64,000 nt of DNA. Source: an uncultured cyanobacterium (lineage in GTDB: Bacteria > Cyanobacteriota > Cyanobacteriia > Leptolyngbyales > Leptolyngbyaceae). The stretch is from positions 33,953 through 97,952 of the forward strand of contig CAVYAN010000008.1 of NCBI GenBank assembly GCA_963766075.1, in the 5' to 3' direction. Position numbers and translations under genes: made by a program. Every line of letters starts with the position of its first letter. The first letter of the stretch is position 1. The notes beneath the pieces are model-generated. The model worked only from the letters and a program-made list of their open reading frames with translations, ran no database searches and was not told where the DNA came from. Positions 1-10,489 of the stretch are shown here, piece after piece.

Positions 1-287
1 ACGAAGCCTTGGTGCCCTACCTACTGTTCCTGGGATCGGTGATTCCGCCGGTGGGAGGCATCATCATGGCTGACTTTTGGGTCAAGCACAAAGGCACATT
101 CCCATCCCTGGATCAAAAACAGCCTGCGTTTAACTGGGCGGGGGTAATTGCCTATGTGATTGCGTCTGTCACAGCCTACATTTCGACGAATGCGCCGACG
201 GGCATCGCCCTGTTTGACATTGCCCCACTCAATGGCGTCGTCGTGGCAGCGGTGCTTTACGCCATTTTGTCCAAGGTGTTGCGCTAA
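1..287 (+). CDS. codB: Cytosine/purine permease (NCS1 family), C-terminal part, truncated by window edge
   Basis: Hydrophobic ORF with FLGSVIPPVGGIIMADFW and FNWAG motifs typical of the CodB C-terminus. Confidence 0.7.
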   Translation, partial: EALVPYLLFLGSVIPPVGGIIMADFWVKHKGTFPSLDQKQPAFNWAGVIAYVIASVTAYISTNAPTGIALFDIAPLNGVVVAAVLYAILSKVLR

Positions 288-360
288 AGATGTCAGTGGG
301 GGACGGGGGAGGCATGCTCGACGGGAGATGCCCTCCCACTTTCCTGCCATGATTCCGTCA

Positions 361-458
361 AAGCTGACTCTTTTCAAGCTGACGTTGTTCAAGCTGACTC
401 TATGGAAAACAGCAAGAATCCTGCCAATTAACGTTGTAGCGCCTAACGTTGTGGCGCT
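361..458. repeat. Short intergenic tandem repeats: AAGCTGACtctTTTC-like x3 and TAACGTTGTrGCGCy x2 (15-bp units)
   Basis: Visible directly in sequence. Confidence 0.6.
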
Positions 459-555
459 TGGCGCTATCCAAAATCCGATAATGGTGTAGCATCGCTAGAG
501 CGATCCCCATAAATTTTCTGGGGATTCCTGCTCTTTTCTTTAGCATGAGGCTGTT

Positions 556-1329
556 ATGCCAACAGTGTTGCCGCGGCTGTCCACCGATCTTTTGGCCTCC
601 TACCGCCAGATTAGCCAACAGCAATTCACCATCGTCGATGTGGAAACAACGGGCTATAAGCCAGAAAACAGCCGAGTCATCGAAATCTCCATTCTCCAAG
701 CCAGCCTCGCCGATGGGATTCAGCATCAAGAAACCCATTTGATTAACCCAGGTACCGCTATCCCGGCCAAAATCACGCAGTTGACGGGAATTTCCCAGGC
801 CATGGTGGCAGAGGCAGAAGCCCCAGAGCCCGTGTGGCAGCGCTGTTTACCCTTGCTGAATGCGGGAATTTTCACTGCCCATAACCTCAGTTTTGACTAT
901 GGGTTTATTTGTTCAGAGTTCCGGCACTTGGGCATAACGTTCTCGCGGCCCCCGGAAGTCCGGCTCTGTACTGTCATATTGTCGCGGTTGCTGTTACCCG
1001 AACTGCCCTCTCGCAGTCTGCCAAACTTGGTCCAGCACTTTGGCTTTGACGTGGGGCGATCGCACCGGGCCGCCGCCGACACCCAAGCCTGCTGGCTATT
1101 GGCCAAACATCTCCTCACTGAAATCCAGACCACCGCCGACGCAGAATTGCTCGCCCGCTTTGCCCAGCAGTGGCTAACCCTGGGTGATGCCGCCGCTATC
1201 ATGAACTGTAGCGGCAAACAAGCGCGATCGCGGCTGGCCCAAGCGGGTATCGAACCCCGCATTGTCGGACGCTACAACACCGCCATGTATCGTCGCGGCG
1301 ACATAGAACGGTGTTGCCTCACGTCTTAA
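556..1329 (+). CDS. DEDDh 3'-5' exonuclease (DnaQ/Pol III epsilon-like) with short C-terminal HTH-like tail
   Basis: DVETTG, AHNLSFD, HRAAAD motifs. Confidence 0.9.
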   Translation: MPTVLPRLSTDLLASYRQISQQQFTIVDVETTGYKPENSRVIEISILQASLADGIQHQETHLINPGTAIPAKITQLTGISQAMVAEAEAPEPVWQRCLPLLNAGIFTAHNLSFDYGFICSEFRHLGITFSRPPEVRLCTVILSRLLLPELPSRSLPNLVQHFGFDVGRSHRAAADTQACWLLAKHLLTEIQTTADAELLARFAQQWLTLGDAAAIMNCSGKQARSRLAQAGIEPRIVGRYNTAMYRRGDIERCCLTS

Positions 1330-1393
1330 AATCGAATATCGTCATCCAAGCAGATATCGTCATTCAGCGTCCGGCCTCTAGACCTCCTGGTCA

Positions 1394-3091
1394 TTACTTG
1401 ACCACACCTAAAACAGCCGCCGATTTAGAGTCAGCGATCGCCGGACTCCCTAGACCCCAAGCATAGATAGCTGGATTCGTCTGCAACGCCTGCTCGTAGG
1501 ACTCCCGCATGCGGGCATTCACTGCCACCGTCTTCACGTCATACAACTGCGTCGCCAGCTTGGGATAGCAGCCGATTGCCACAATCAGCGCCAAGAAACA
1601 GACGGCAATAAAAACCTCACGGGGACTGGCATCTTTAAATTCCGCGTCCTCCGGCACCACACAGTCTGTGCCGAAACATACCGCCTCTTGATTGCCCTGG
1701 GCCTTCAAATCCCGATCATTCACGTCACAGGTAGGGACCAGATCGCACATTTGATCGGCGCTGGCTCCATGAAACACCTGCCGCACCATGGATAGCAGAT
1801 AGATGGGGGTCAGGATCAACCCGACCGCCGCTAGAAACACCGTTACCAACCGGAAGGCCGAACTGTCAATATCCGTCGTGGCCATCCCCACAAACACCTC
1901 CAGCTCTCCCACAAACCCACTCATTCCCGGCAGGGCCAAGGAAGCCATCGCCCCCATGGTAAACAGGGCAAACACCTTGGGCATCGCCTGCCCCAAGCCG
2001 CCCAACTGATTCATCATCATCGTGTGGGTGCGATCGTAGGTTACCCCCGCCAGGAAAAATAGCACTGCTGCAATCAGACCATGGGACAGCATTTGCAGCA
2101 TGGCCCCACTTACCCCCAAATCACTGTAGGAGGCAATCCCCAGCAGCACAAACCCCATGTGGGAAATCGAGGAATAGGCCAGTCGCCGCTTCATATTGGT
2201 CTGGGCAAAGGAGTTCAGCGCCCCATAAACAATGTTGACCACACCCAAAATCGCTAACACCGGCGCAAAATAAACATGGGCATGGGGCAGTAGCTCCACG
2301 TTCAGCCGAATCAACCCATAGCCCCCCATTTTTAGCAACACCCCGGCCAAAATCATCGACACCGGGGAAGACGCTTCGCCGTGGGTATCCGCCAGCCACG
2401 TATGAAACGGAAAAATCGCCAGTTTCACCCCAAAGGCCACCAGCAGCCCCGCGTACACAAGCAGTTCCAGCCCCAGCGGAAATTGCTTGAGTCCCAGCTC
2501 GGCCATATCAAAGGTGATCGTGTCGCCATAGAATGCCATGCCTAGAGCGGCCACCAAAATAAAAATCGAAGCCAGCGCCGTATACATCAAAAATTTGGTC
2601 GCCGCGTAGCCCCGATTTTGCCCTCCCCAGATGCAGACGAGCAAGTAAACCGGAACTAGCTCCACTTCCCACATGATGAAGAACAGCATCAGATCCTGGG
2701 CGACAAATACGCCCACCTGGGCGGCATACAGCACCAACATTAGGGCGTAGAAGAGGCGCGATCGCCGATCCACCTGCCAGGCCGAAAACATGGACAGCGT
2801 GGTCACCAGTCCTGCCAGCAACACCAGAGGCGCGGACACGCCATCCACCGACAGCGCCCAGCTCAACCCCAACTGCGGCATCCAGGCCACCTTTTCCATC
2901 ATTTGGAACGTTGCCAAACTGGGATCGTAATGTTGCCCAAAGGCGTAGCACATCAAACTAAAGTCAGCAAATCCGACCCCCAGCGCATACCAACGCACCA
3001 CCTTGCCGCCTTTATCCGGCAGCATGGGGATAAACAACGCGGCAACGAGGGGCAGCAAGACGATCGCAGTCAGCCAAGGAAAGGGTTGCAT
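1394..3091 (-). CDS. ndhD: NAD(P)H-quinone oxidoreductase subunit 4 (NdhD, D2-like)
   Basis: [50 protein letters not shown]. Confidence 0.95.
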   Translation of the reverse strand: MQPFPWLTAIVLLPLVAALFIPMLPDKGGKVVRWYALGVGFADFSLMCYAFGQHYDPSLATFQMMEKVAWMPQLGLSWALSVDGVSAPLVLLAGLVTTLSMFSAWQVDRRSRLFYALMLVLYAAQVGVFVAQDLMLFFIMWEVELVPVYLLVCIWGGQNRGYAATKFLMYTALASIFILVAALGMAFYGDTITFDMAELGLKQFPLGLELLVYAGLLVAFGVKLAIFPFHTWLADTHGEASSPVSMILAGVLLKMGGYGLIRLNVELLPHAHVYFAPVLAILGVVNIVYGALNSFAQTNMKRRLAYSSISHMGFVLLGIASYSDLGVSGAMLQMLSHGLIAAVLFFLAGVTYDRTHTMMMNQLGGLGQAMPKVFALFTMGAMASLALPGMSGFVGELEVFVGMATTDIDSSAFRLVTVFLAAVGLILTPIYLLSMVRQVFHGASADQMCDLVPTCDVNDRDLKAQGNQEAVCFGTDCVVPEDAEFKDASPREVFIAVCFLALIVAIGCYPKLATQLYDVKTVAVNARMRESYEQALQTNPAIYAWGLGSPAIADSKSAAVLGVVK

Positions 3092-3222
3092 GGTGATAAG
3101 GATAAATACCTATGGGTGAGTTAAGAATATCTTACGCAACTGCGGGGATCATCGGGCATCAATCCTTCGCGAGTGGGACATGGATTCAGGGTTATGGGTC
3201 GTTGATGCAGGCATCAACGACC

Positions 3223-3720
3223 CTAGGGTGGGCCTACAGCCTGCAATTCGGCCAATACGGTCTGGAGGTTGGCGGGCAATCGACGCAAAATCTTGCCCGT
3301 CTGGCGATCTACGGGCACCAGAGTCACTTCTGCCGTTACAAATAAATCATTCCCATCCGTCGAGCGAATCTCATACTCAAAATTCCAGCGGATGCCCTTT
3401 TGTTTCAGGCGCAACCACACCACAACCGCCATTCCCATCAGCACGGACCTGTGGTATTTCAACCCCATGGCCGCCACGGGCAAATCGCAACCCAGTGCCA
3501 CCAAATCGGCAAAATTGATACCGCCATGGCGTAAACATTCCACCCGAGCCTCTTCTAACCACGTAATGTAAGACCCATGCCAAACAATTCCGGCATAGTC
3601 GGTGTGATGGGGTTGGGCCCGAACTGGGTATAACCACCACCCCGCCGCTGTTTTCTGAATTGGCCCTGGGATTGTGACTGTTGGTTGCAAACCGGTCAAA
3701 GAAGGTGCGTCGTTTGGCAT
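3223..3720 (-). CDS. Acyl-CoA thioesterase (YbgC/4HBT hot-dog fold); start chosen at ATG 3720
   Basis: HHTDYAGIVWHGSYITWLEEARVE motif. Confidence 0.85.
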   Translation of the reverse strand: MPNDAPSLTGLQPTVTIPGPIQKTAAGWWLYPVRAQPHHTDYAGIVWHGSYITWLEEARVECLRHGGINFADLVALGCDLPVAAMGLKYHRSVLMGMAVVVWLRLKQKGIRWNFEYEIRSTDGNDLFVTAEVTLVPVDRQTGKILRRLPANLQTVLAELQAVGPP

Positions 3721-3768
3721 TCTATTAAGCAGGCGCGTCATTAAAAAAAAACGGATGAGGTAAATTCC

Positions 3769-4620
3769 ATGATTGAAAAAATTTTGTTTGCAGACTCCGG
3801 CACCGGTAATTCTGAGGCTATGCTGAAGGTCCTGCTGGAGATTCCGGGGATTCAACGGGCCACCGTGACCGTGCTCCACGTTGTGCCCCCTCAAGTATCA
3901 TCCGATGCCATGACCGAAAAGTGGGAAGAAGGCGGCAAAATCCTGGCCAAGGCGATTCAATCCCTTAATTTGGATCCCAGTCGGGCCACCGCCATACTGC
4001 GCCAGGGCGATCCCAAGAATGTTGTTGTTCAAGTTGCCGAAGAAATTGACGCCGATCTGATCATTATGGGGTCACGGGGGCTGGATCGGTTAGTTTCCAT
4101 TTTAGAGAACTCTGTTAGCCAGTATGTGTTCCAGCTTTCGCCGCGACCAATGCTACTGGTCAAGGATGACCTCTACGCCATTCGGCCCCTGAATAAGGTG
4201 GTGGTGGCGATGGACAAGTCCGATTCGGCGTTGGAATGCCTCAAGCTGGGAATTTTCCTGCTACGGGATATAAAAGGTGGGCAGCTTGTTCTCGTGCGCA
4301 TTGATCCAAATCTCAAGGCTGATGCGATTCTGTCGGCGGCTGAAGCGGAAAAGGATGCGGTATTGGCTCCAGCGGTGGCAGAGGCTAAGCGGATGGGGAT
4401 CAGCTATCGCTGCGTGGTGGAAGGTGGCAAAGCAGGTGAAAAGATTTGCCAGTTGGCTACAGAGGCGCGGGCTGATTTGCTGCTACTGGGTTCTCCGGAG
4501 CGCCGTCCCTCGATCGCCAAGGGGCTGCCTGATCTGGATCGGCTATTGGGCAGTTCGCTGTCTGACTATGTACGGGTTCATGCCGAATGCCCGGTGCTGT
4601 TGGCTCGGCGCGTGGGCTGA
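3769..4620 (+). CDS. Universal stress protein, tandem USP domains
   Basis: IEKILFADSG, DLIIMGSRG, LLGSSLSDYVRVHAECPVL. Confidence 0.92.
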   Translation: MIEKILFADSGTGNSEAMLKVLLEIPGIQRATVTVLHVVPPQVSSDAMTEKWEEGGKILAKAIQSLNLDPSRATAILRQGDPKNVVVQVAEEIDADLIIMGSRGLDRLVSILENSVSQYVFQLSPRPMLLVKDDLYAIRPLNKVVVAMDKSDSALECLKLGIFLLRDIKGGQLVLVRIDPNLKADAILSAAEAEKDAVLAPAVAEAKRMGISYRCVVEGGKAGEKICQLATEARADLLLLGSPERRPSIAKGLPDLDRLLGSSLSDYVRVHAECPVLLARRVG

Positions 4621-4820
4621 GCCGGGGATCAGGACAGGGGTGGGTGCACAGCATTCACCTCCCCCCTAGGGCTGACTTTGTTAAACGTTTTGGCATGTTT
4701 ATTGATGACTCGACATATTTTGTAGGATTGCTTTGCGATCGCGGTCAAAGGATTGCCCATATCCGAAGAAAGAAGAAAGAAGCAGCCCAAAATCCCCAAA
4801 AATAGTCGATAACTAGTCAA

Positions 4821-6059
4821 ATGCGTTCCGCTTTCTTCGGTGGTATCGTGATGATCATGAGTGACCTTGATTGGTGTTATCGGATTTTGGACCTGAAACC
4901 TGGTGCGTCTCTGGAAGAGGTGAACCAGGCGTATAAGGATATGGTCTTTATCTGGCATCCAGACCGGATTCCCAGTGATAATCCGCGATTGCAGCAAAAA
5001 GCTCAGGATAAGATCAAAGAGCTGAACGATGCCCGCGATCGCCTCCGCACCCGCATTAAAACGCAGCCTGCGTCCTCCCGGACAACGGCACATCATGCAG
5101 CCCAGGCCACAACTACGGCCCAAACCAAGACCACGGCCCAAGCCAAGACGACAGAAGCGAAAACCAGTTCCTCCCGCTACTACTACCAGCCCTATCCGCG
5201 TCCGAACTACAGCGAAGGCGCAGGTCGGCACGCAACGGGCAGTAACGCGAATAGTAGTAATGGTGCGGGCAATAATGGCACGGCCAGTGGCGCGACGGGC
5301 AGTAACGGTACCGGCAATAACGGCACGGGTAGCACTGGGTATAGCAGTAATGGCAACGGGCGGGCGGGCCATGCCAGCGGTTCTACGGCAACGGGTGCTA
5401 CAAATGGCCACCATGTCTATACCGCCCATACCCGGAATCCCTATTCCCACACCGCCCATGCCAGTCAGCAAGCGGCAAGTCGCGCCAGTAATACCTATAA
5501 CGGCAACCACGCCAGCAGCAGCACGCGCCACAGCACGACCAGCAGTGTGAATCACAGTACGAACCATAATGGCGCGAATCATAATGGCGCGAACCATAGC
5601 GCTGCCAATGCCAAGGCTGCGAGTCACAGCTATGGCTATCGCGCTCCTCAGTCCACGCCCTATCCGCCCTCTGCCAGTCAAAATCGCCGTCAAGACCCTG
5701 ATCTCAGTGGCGTAGACTACAGCGGGCGCAACCTCAGCGAAAAAGACTTCTCGGGCCGTAATCTCAGTAGCGCCAATTTGAGCAATGCTGACCTCAGCGA
5801 CGCCTTTTTGCATCGGGTTAACTTTAGCGGGGCTAATCTCTACCGCATTAATTTGTTTCGCGCCAATTTGCTAGAGGCTGATTTAACCCAAGCCGATCTT
5901 CGAGAGGCCAACTTAATTGGTGCAGACCTCAGCGGTGCCGATTTGCGGGGAGCAAATCTGCGGGGGGCAAAAATTGGGGCGGGCGATCGCGTCATGGTCA
6001 AGTTGACCGGAGCTAATCTGGCCGGAGCCACCATGCCCGATGGGCGTATCCATGAATGA
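4821..6059 (+). CDS. J-domain + low-complexity linker + pentapeptide-repeat protein (start may be 4857)
   Basis: CYRILDL..WHPDR J-domain; A(N/D)LxxA pentapeptide repeats at the C-terminus. Confidence 0.9.
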   Translation: MRSAFFGGIVMIMSDLDWCYRILDLKPGASLEEVNQAYKDMVFIWHPDRIPSDNPRLQQKAQDKIKELNDARDRLRTRIKTQPASSRTTAHHAAQATTTAQTKTTAQAKTTEAKTSSSRYYYQPYPRPNYSEGAGRHATGSNANSSNGAGNNGTASGATGSNGTGNNGTGSTGYSSNGNGRAGHASGSTATGATNGHHVYTAHTRNPYSHTAHASQQAASRASNTYNGNHASSSTRHSTTSSVNHSTNHNGANHNGANHSAANAKAASHSYGYRAPQSTPYPPSASQNRRQDPDLSGVDYSGRNLSEKDFSGRNLSSANLSNADLSDAFLHRVNFSGANLYRINLFRANLLEADLTQADLREANLIGADLSGADLRGANLRGAKIGAGDRVMVKLTGANLAGATMPDGRIHE

Positions 6060-6103
6060 CTAGATAGACTTCGGCGATCCTGTGCACCCCTTCTTGCTCA
6101 CAA

Positions 6104-6221
6104 GCTGAGCGAAGTCGAAGGGGCGACAGATCGCAGGCTGAACGGAGTCGAACGGACGACAAATCGCAAGGTTAACCAAGTCGAAGGGAGGACAAATCGA
6201 AGGCTGAGCGGAGTCGAAGCC
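6104..6221. repeat. Four copies of GCTGAGCGGAGTCGAAG-type REP-like unit, about 33-bp period
   Basis: Visible in sequence; same motif recurs at 9254-9321. Confidence 0.75.
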
Positions 6222-6268
6222 TGCTTATCGCAGGTTACTCAGCGGTCACAGTATTTTTGGGAAATTGC

Positions 6269-6378
6269 GGGAGCATGTCACCCTTTTGGGTAGAAAAATC
6301 AACCCCTCGAAATGCGTTCTACCATGGCCACGGGTTTACTGGCTTTTGAATTTCTCTGGAAAAAGATGACATGCTCCC
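6269..6378. mobile_element. 110-bp MITE with ISKra4-type ends
   Basis: TIR GGGAGCATGTCA...TGACATGCTCCC; perfect 8-bp TSD GAAATTGC at 6261-6268 and 6379-6386. Confidence 0.9.
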
Positions 6379-6473
6379 GAAATTGCAGCCAATTCCCATC
6401 AGAAAATCTTTTTCATTTCTCTATAGATTGATTTAGTTACAGAGTGCCTTGAACGGGGAATCTTAAGCATGAG

Positions 6474-9197
6474 TTGTTTCAACCTGCCATCCTCATGCCT
6501 GACCTTTCTGCGCCTGTGCAACGCCTGAATGCTCTGCAACAAGCCGCCTATCAACTATCCTCCTGTACGGACCAGATTTTTCAACAAATTGAGCAACACC
6601 AGACTTTGACCCGGATCATCGACAAAATTCGGTCATCCCTGGACTTGGATATCATCTTCAAAACTACGGCAACGGAGATTCGTCAGTTGCTCAATGCCGA
6701 TCGCGTTGGGGTGTTTCGCTTTACTCCCGGCAGTGGGTGGGATGAGGGCGAGTTTGTCTCAGAGGATGTGGATGCCGAATTTCCGTCAGCCATGGCAGCC
6801 AAAGTCTATGACCACTGTTTCGGGTCTCAATTTGCGGTCTACTACACCCAGGGACGGGTCCAGGCCGTCGCCGATATCTACGAGGCGGGCCTAAGTGATT
6901 GTCACGTCCAGATTCTCGAACAATTCCAGGTGCGGGCGAATCTAATTGTGCCCGTGCTCAAGGGAGACGAACTGTGGGGGCTTCTGTGCATCCATCAGTG
7001 CAGCGCGCCGCGCCGCTGGCAACTGGCAGAAATTGAATTTGTCCGCAAAATTGCCGATTATTTTGCCGTAGCCTTGCAACAGGCCGAGCATTTAGAACAG
7101 ATTAAGCATCAAGCCACATTGCTGGCACAAGTCAGTGCCCAAGAAAAATCGCTGATCCGGCAAAAAGCCTTGGTCAAAATTACTAGTCGGATTCGGCAAT
7201 CGCTTGACTTTGCGGTGATTTGTCAGACTGCCACCGAGGAAGTGCTCCAGTTGCTAGAGGCTGATCGGGTGACCATTTACCGCTTTAATGCTGACTGGAG
7301 TGGTGATTTTCTGTTTGAGTCGGTGTCTGTAGACTGGCAGCCATTAGTGGGAGTGTGCCCAACCATTGAGGACACGCACTTAATGGAGACTCAGGGGGGA
7401 CGCTACGCCGCCAATGAAACCTTTGCCATTGCCGATATTTACACGGCGGGGCATTCCGACTGCCATGTGGCGTTGCTGGAAGAATTCCAGGCCAAAGCCT
7501 ATGCGATCGCCCCCATTTTTCAGGGCGATCGCCTCTGGGGATTGCTGACAGCCTTCCAAAATTCTGGTCCCCGCCACTGGCACGCCGATGAAATTGAATT
7601 GCTAGCGCAGATTGGCGAACAATTGGGCATTGTGATTCAGCAAACCCAGGAACAAGAACGCGCGATTAGTCGCCAGAAGGCCCTGGTCAAAATTGTCAAT
7701 AAAATCCGCCAGTCCCTTGATTTTGCGGTGATTTGCCAAACGGTGACGGAGGAAGTGCGGCAGTTGCTCAGTGCGGATCGGGTGACGGTCTACCGCTTTA
7801 ATACCGATTGGAGTGGGGACTTTTTGTTTGAATCGGTGGCTGCGGAGTGGAAGCCCTTGGTCGGTGTTTCCCCCTCAATTGAAGATACCCACTTAATGGA
7901 GACTCAGGGAGGACGCTACGCAGCCAATGAAACCTTTGCCATTGCCGATATTTACACGGCGGGGCATTCCGACTGCCATGTGGCGTTGCTGGAAGACTTC
8001 CAAGCCAGAGCCTATGCGATCGCCCCAATTTTTCAGGGCGATCGCCTCTGGGGATTGCTGACGACCTTCCAAAATTCTGGCCCGCGCCAATGGCAAACCG
8101 ATGAAATTGAATTGCTGGCCCAGATTGGCGAACAACTTGGCATTGCCCTACAGCAAGCGGAAGCCGTGCGCCAGATTCAAGCGCAGTCGGTCGAATTGCA
8201 GGGAATGCTGGAAGAATTGAAACAGTCTCAAGCCCAATTGATTCAGCAAGAAAAAATGGCAGCCCTGGGACAGTTAATTGCAGGCGTGGCCCATGAAATC
8301 AATAATCCTTTGGGAGCGATTAAGGCATCGGCGAGCAATACCCATAAGGCCCTCCAGGAAGCGATCGCCGATTTCCCATATTTGCATCAACGGTTGAATG
8401 CTACTGAGCAAGAGAGCTTTTTTAAGCTGATCGATCGGGCAATCGATAGCCCTTCCCTGGTGGATGCGTTAGAAGGCCGTGCCTTGAAACGCAAAGTGAC
8501 CGCCTATTTGCAAGCGCAGGGGATTGAAGAAGCCCGAGACATTGCCGATACCTTGATGGACATGGGCATTCGAGAGGACTTGGACTTTTTGTTGCCGCTC
8601 TTAAAGGGTGAACACCATGAATGGGCGGTGCAGTTTGCCTACAACTTAACCTGTTCCTTTCTCAACAACCAAACGATTCTGCGTGCGGTCGATCGTTCGG
8701 CCAAAATTGTGTTTGCGCTCAAAAGCTATGCGCGGGTTGAGCAAAGTGAACAAAAACAGTTAACCCAATTAACTGACGGCCTAGAGACAACCCTGGAGAT
8801 TTATCACAATCACCTCAAACGCGACATTCACGTTGTCCGAGACTATGCCGCTCTGCCCCAAGTGTGGGTGTATCCCGACGAACTGATTCAGGTCTGGACC
8901 AACCTGATCCATAACGCCATTCAGGCCATGGAATCCGGCGGTACCTTGACCCTTTCCACCCGGCAGCAGGACGAGGGGATTGCGATCAGCATTACGGATA
9001 CGGGTTCGGGTATTCCTCCTGAAGTCCAGCAAAAAATCTTTGATGCCTTTTTCACCACGAAACCGCCGGGTAAAGGCAGTGGGTTAGGACTTCACATTTG
9101 CCAAAAAATTATTGATAAGCACCAAGGGCACATCCACGTCGAGAGTCAGCCTGGGCAAACTCAATTCCGGGTGTGGCTGCCTCACGAAGCGACTTAA
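6474..9197 (+). CDS. Cyanobacteriochrome sensor histidine kinase (3 GAF domains + HisKA/HATPase)
   Basis: GAF1 DHCF + CH; GAF2 and GAF3 EDTHL..QGGRY..CH; AHEINNPL H-box; NLIHNAIQA, DTGSG, GSGLGL. Confidence 0.92.
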   Translation: MFQPAILMPDLSAPVQRLNALQQAAYQLSSCTDQIFQQIEQHQTLTRIIDKIRSSLDLDIIFKTTATEIRQLLNADRVGVFRFTPGSGWDEGEFVSEDVDAEFPSAMAAKVYDHCFGSQFAVYYTQGRVQAVADIYEAGLSDCHVQILEQFQVRANLIVPVLKGDELWGLLCIHQCSAPRRWQLAEIEFVRKIADYFAVALQQAEHLEQIKHQATLLAQVSAQEKSLIRQKALVKITSRIRQSLDFAVICQTATEEVLQLLEADRVTIYRFNADWSGDFLFESVSVDWQPLVGVCPTIEDTHLMETQGGRYAANETFAIADIYTAGHSDCHVALLEEFQAKAYAIAPIFQGDRLWGLLTAFQNSGPRHWHADEIELLAQIGEQLGIVIQQTQEQERAISRQKALVKIVNKIRQSLDFAVICQTVTEEVRQLLSADRVTVYRFNTDWSGDFLFESVAAEWKPLVGVSPSIEDTHLMETQGGRYAANETFAIADIYTAGHSDCHVALLEDFQARAYAIAPIFQGDRLWGLLTTFQNSGPRQWQTDEIELLAQIGEQLGIALQQAEAVRQIQAQSVELQGMLEELKQSQAQLIQQEKMAALGQLIAGVAHEINNPLGAIKASASNTHKALQEAIADFPYLHQRLNATEQESFFKLIDRAIDSPSLVDALEGRALKRKVTAYLQAQGIEEARDIADTLMDMGIREDLDFLLPLLKGEHHEWAVQFAYNLTCSFLNNQTILRAVDRSAKIVFALKSYARVEQSEQKQLTQLTDGLETTLEIYHNHLKRDIHVVRDYAALPQVWVYPDELIQVWTNLIHNAIQAMESGGTLTLSTRQQDEGIAISITDTGSGIPPEVQQKIFDAFFTTKPPGKGSGLGLHICQKIIDKHQGHIHVESQPGQTQFRVWLPHEAT

Positions 9198-9253
9198 CAA
9201 TCTGCCGTGCTCAGAGCACAGAGTCGCAATAGGATAGCCCGCAGAAAACCGCT

Positions 9254-9321
9254 CCTTTCGACTCCGTTCCCTGAGCGGAGTCGAAGGGAGCGGAGTCGAA
9301 GGGAACGGAGTCGAAGGGAGC
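9254..9321. repeat. Inverted plus tandem GAGCGGAGTCGAAGG repeats (15-bp unit)
   Basis: TTCGACTCCG followed by three CGGAGTCGAAGG copies. Confidence 0.75.
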
Positions 9322-9355
9322 AACCCCCGTCAGTACAATCTCCATGGAAATCACC

Positions 9356-10326
9356 CTAGCCCTGTAGCCGATGCATCAAGGCCACCCACTCCTGCGATCG
9401 CGCATCGTCAATCGTCTCAAAGCCCACCGCCGTCAACGCTGCCAGCACATCCGCTTCATAGTCCACGGTAAACCCCGCCGTTAGCAACAGGCCCCGAGGC
9501 TGAAGTGCCCGCTGAAAATCCGCCGCCAGGGCAATATGCACCCGCGCCAAGATGTTTGCTGCAATCAGATTAAACGTCGCTTGAGGCTCCAGGCGCGGCA
9601 CCCCCCCCCCATTTCTCCCCCCATCCAATGCCCCAAGGCGCTGCCCTCTCCCAGGCTAGCCTGCATCACCGTCACCTGGTCAGCCACGCCATTGCGCTGC
9701 ACCGCCTCCTGACTGGCTTGCACCGCCACCGCGTCATTATCAATCGCCACCACCTCTGCCCCCAGCTTTGCCATGGCCACACTCAAAATTCCCGATCCAC
9801 AGCCCAAATCCAAGCCAGACATCGGGGGCTTCACATGGCGCTCCAACACCTGCACACTGAGCTGGGTAGCCGGATGCAAACCGCTGCCAAAAGCTAAGCT
9901 GGGCGGAATATACAGAGGAATTTCGCCCGTCGCCTGATCGGCGACAGGCGGAGTTGCCCACACCACAAACCGCTGCCCGATCGCCTGTTTGAGCGGATGC
10001 CCTTGCGCCGTTGGCCGCTCTGCCTCCAGGAGACTCTCACCATCAGACACTATCCGGAGCGGCGTCGCAATGCCCGTCCGCACCAGGGGCGCGATCGCCT
10101 GTTCAATCGCCGCACAGAGGCTAACTTGATCGGCAGGCAGCATCAGGGAGAGCGTAAAGGCCCAGTGCTCCGGGGCGATCCCCGCCGCCTCGGCTTCCTC
10201 ACCCGGATCTCCCCGATAGGCAGTCATCTGCATCACACCGCTATAAGCCGTGCCCGCCAGCAGCGTCCGCACCCAATCCACTCCCTCTCCAGTGGTATCT
10301 AAACTTAATTCAATCCACGGCATCAT
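9356..10326 (-). pseudogene. prmA: PrmA-like methyltransferase (ribosomal protein L11 MTase family), split by a frameshift at a C10 run (9601-9610); may be an assembly error
   Basis: AFGSGLHPATQL and LDLGCGSGILS in one frame; FNLIAANILA...EWVAL in another. Confidence 0.75.
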
Positions 10327-10489
10327 CTTTCCTAGTCCTCTCGCGATCGCGTCCCCGGCAAGGCTCCCATCATAAGGGCTTCCGATCACACTTGAAGCCA
10401 TACGCATTGAAAGCGCATTGAAAACAGTGCACCGATCCAGTTGTCATCCTAAAGATTCCACTTCCGGAATCCGAACGAACGCTTCTGTA

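Noticed and set aside
4629..5813. 394-aa minus-strand ORF
   Set aside because: Antisense shadow of the low-complexity J-domain gene.
6104..6221. Mini-CRISPR
   Set aside because: Intervening sequences are short and similar to each other; this is a degenerate tandem repeat.
7350..8000. Biliverdin-binding far-red CBCR
   Set aside because: GAF2 and GAF3 retain His in DTHL and AGH and Phe in ETF, the PCB-type residues as recalled, so there is no support.
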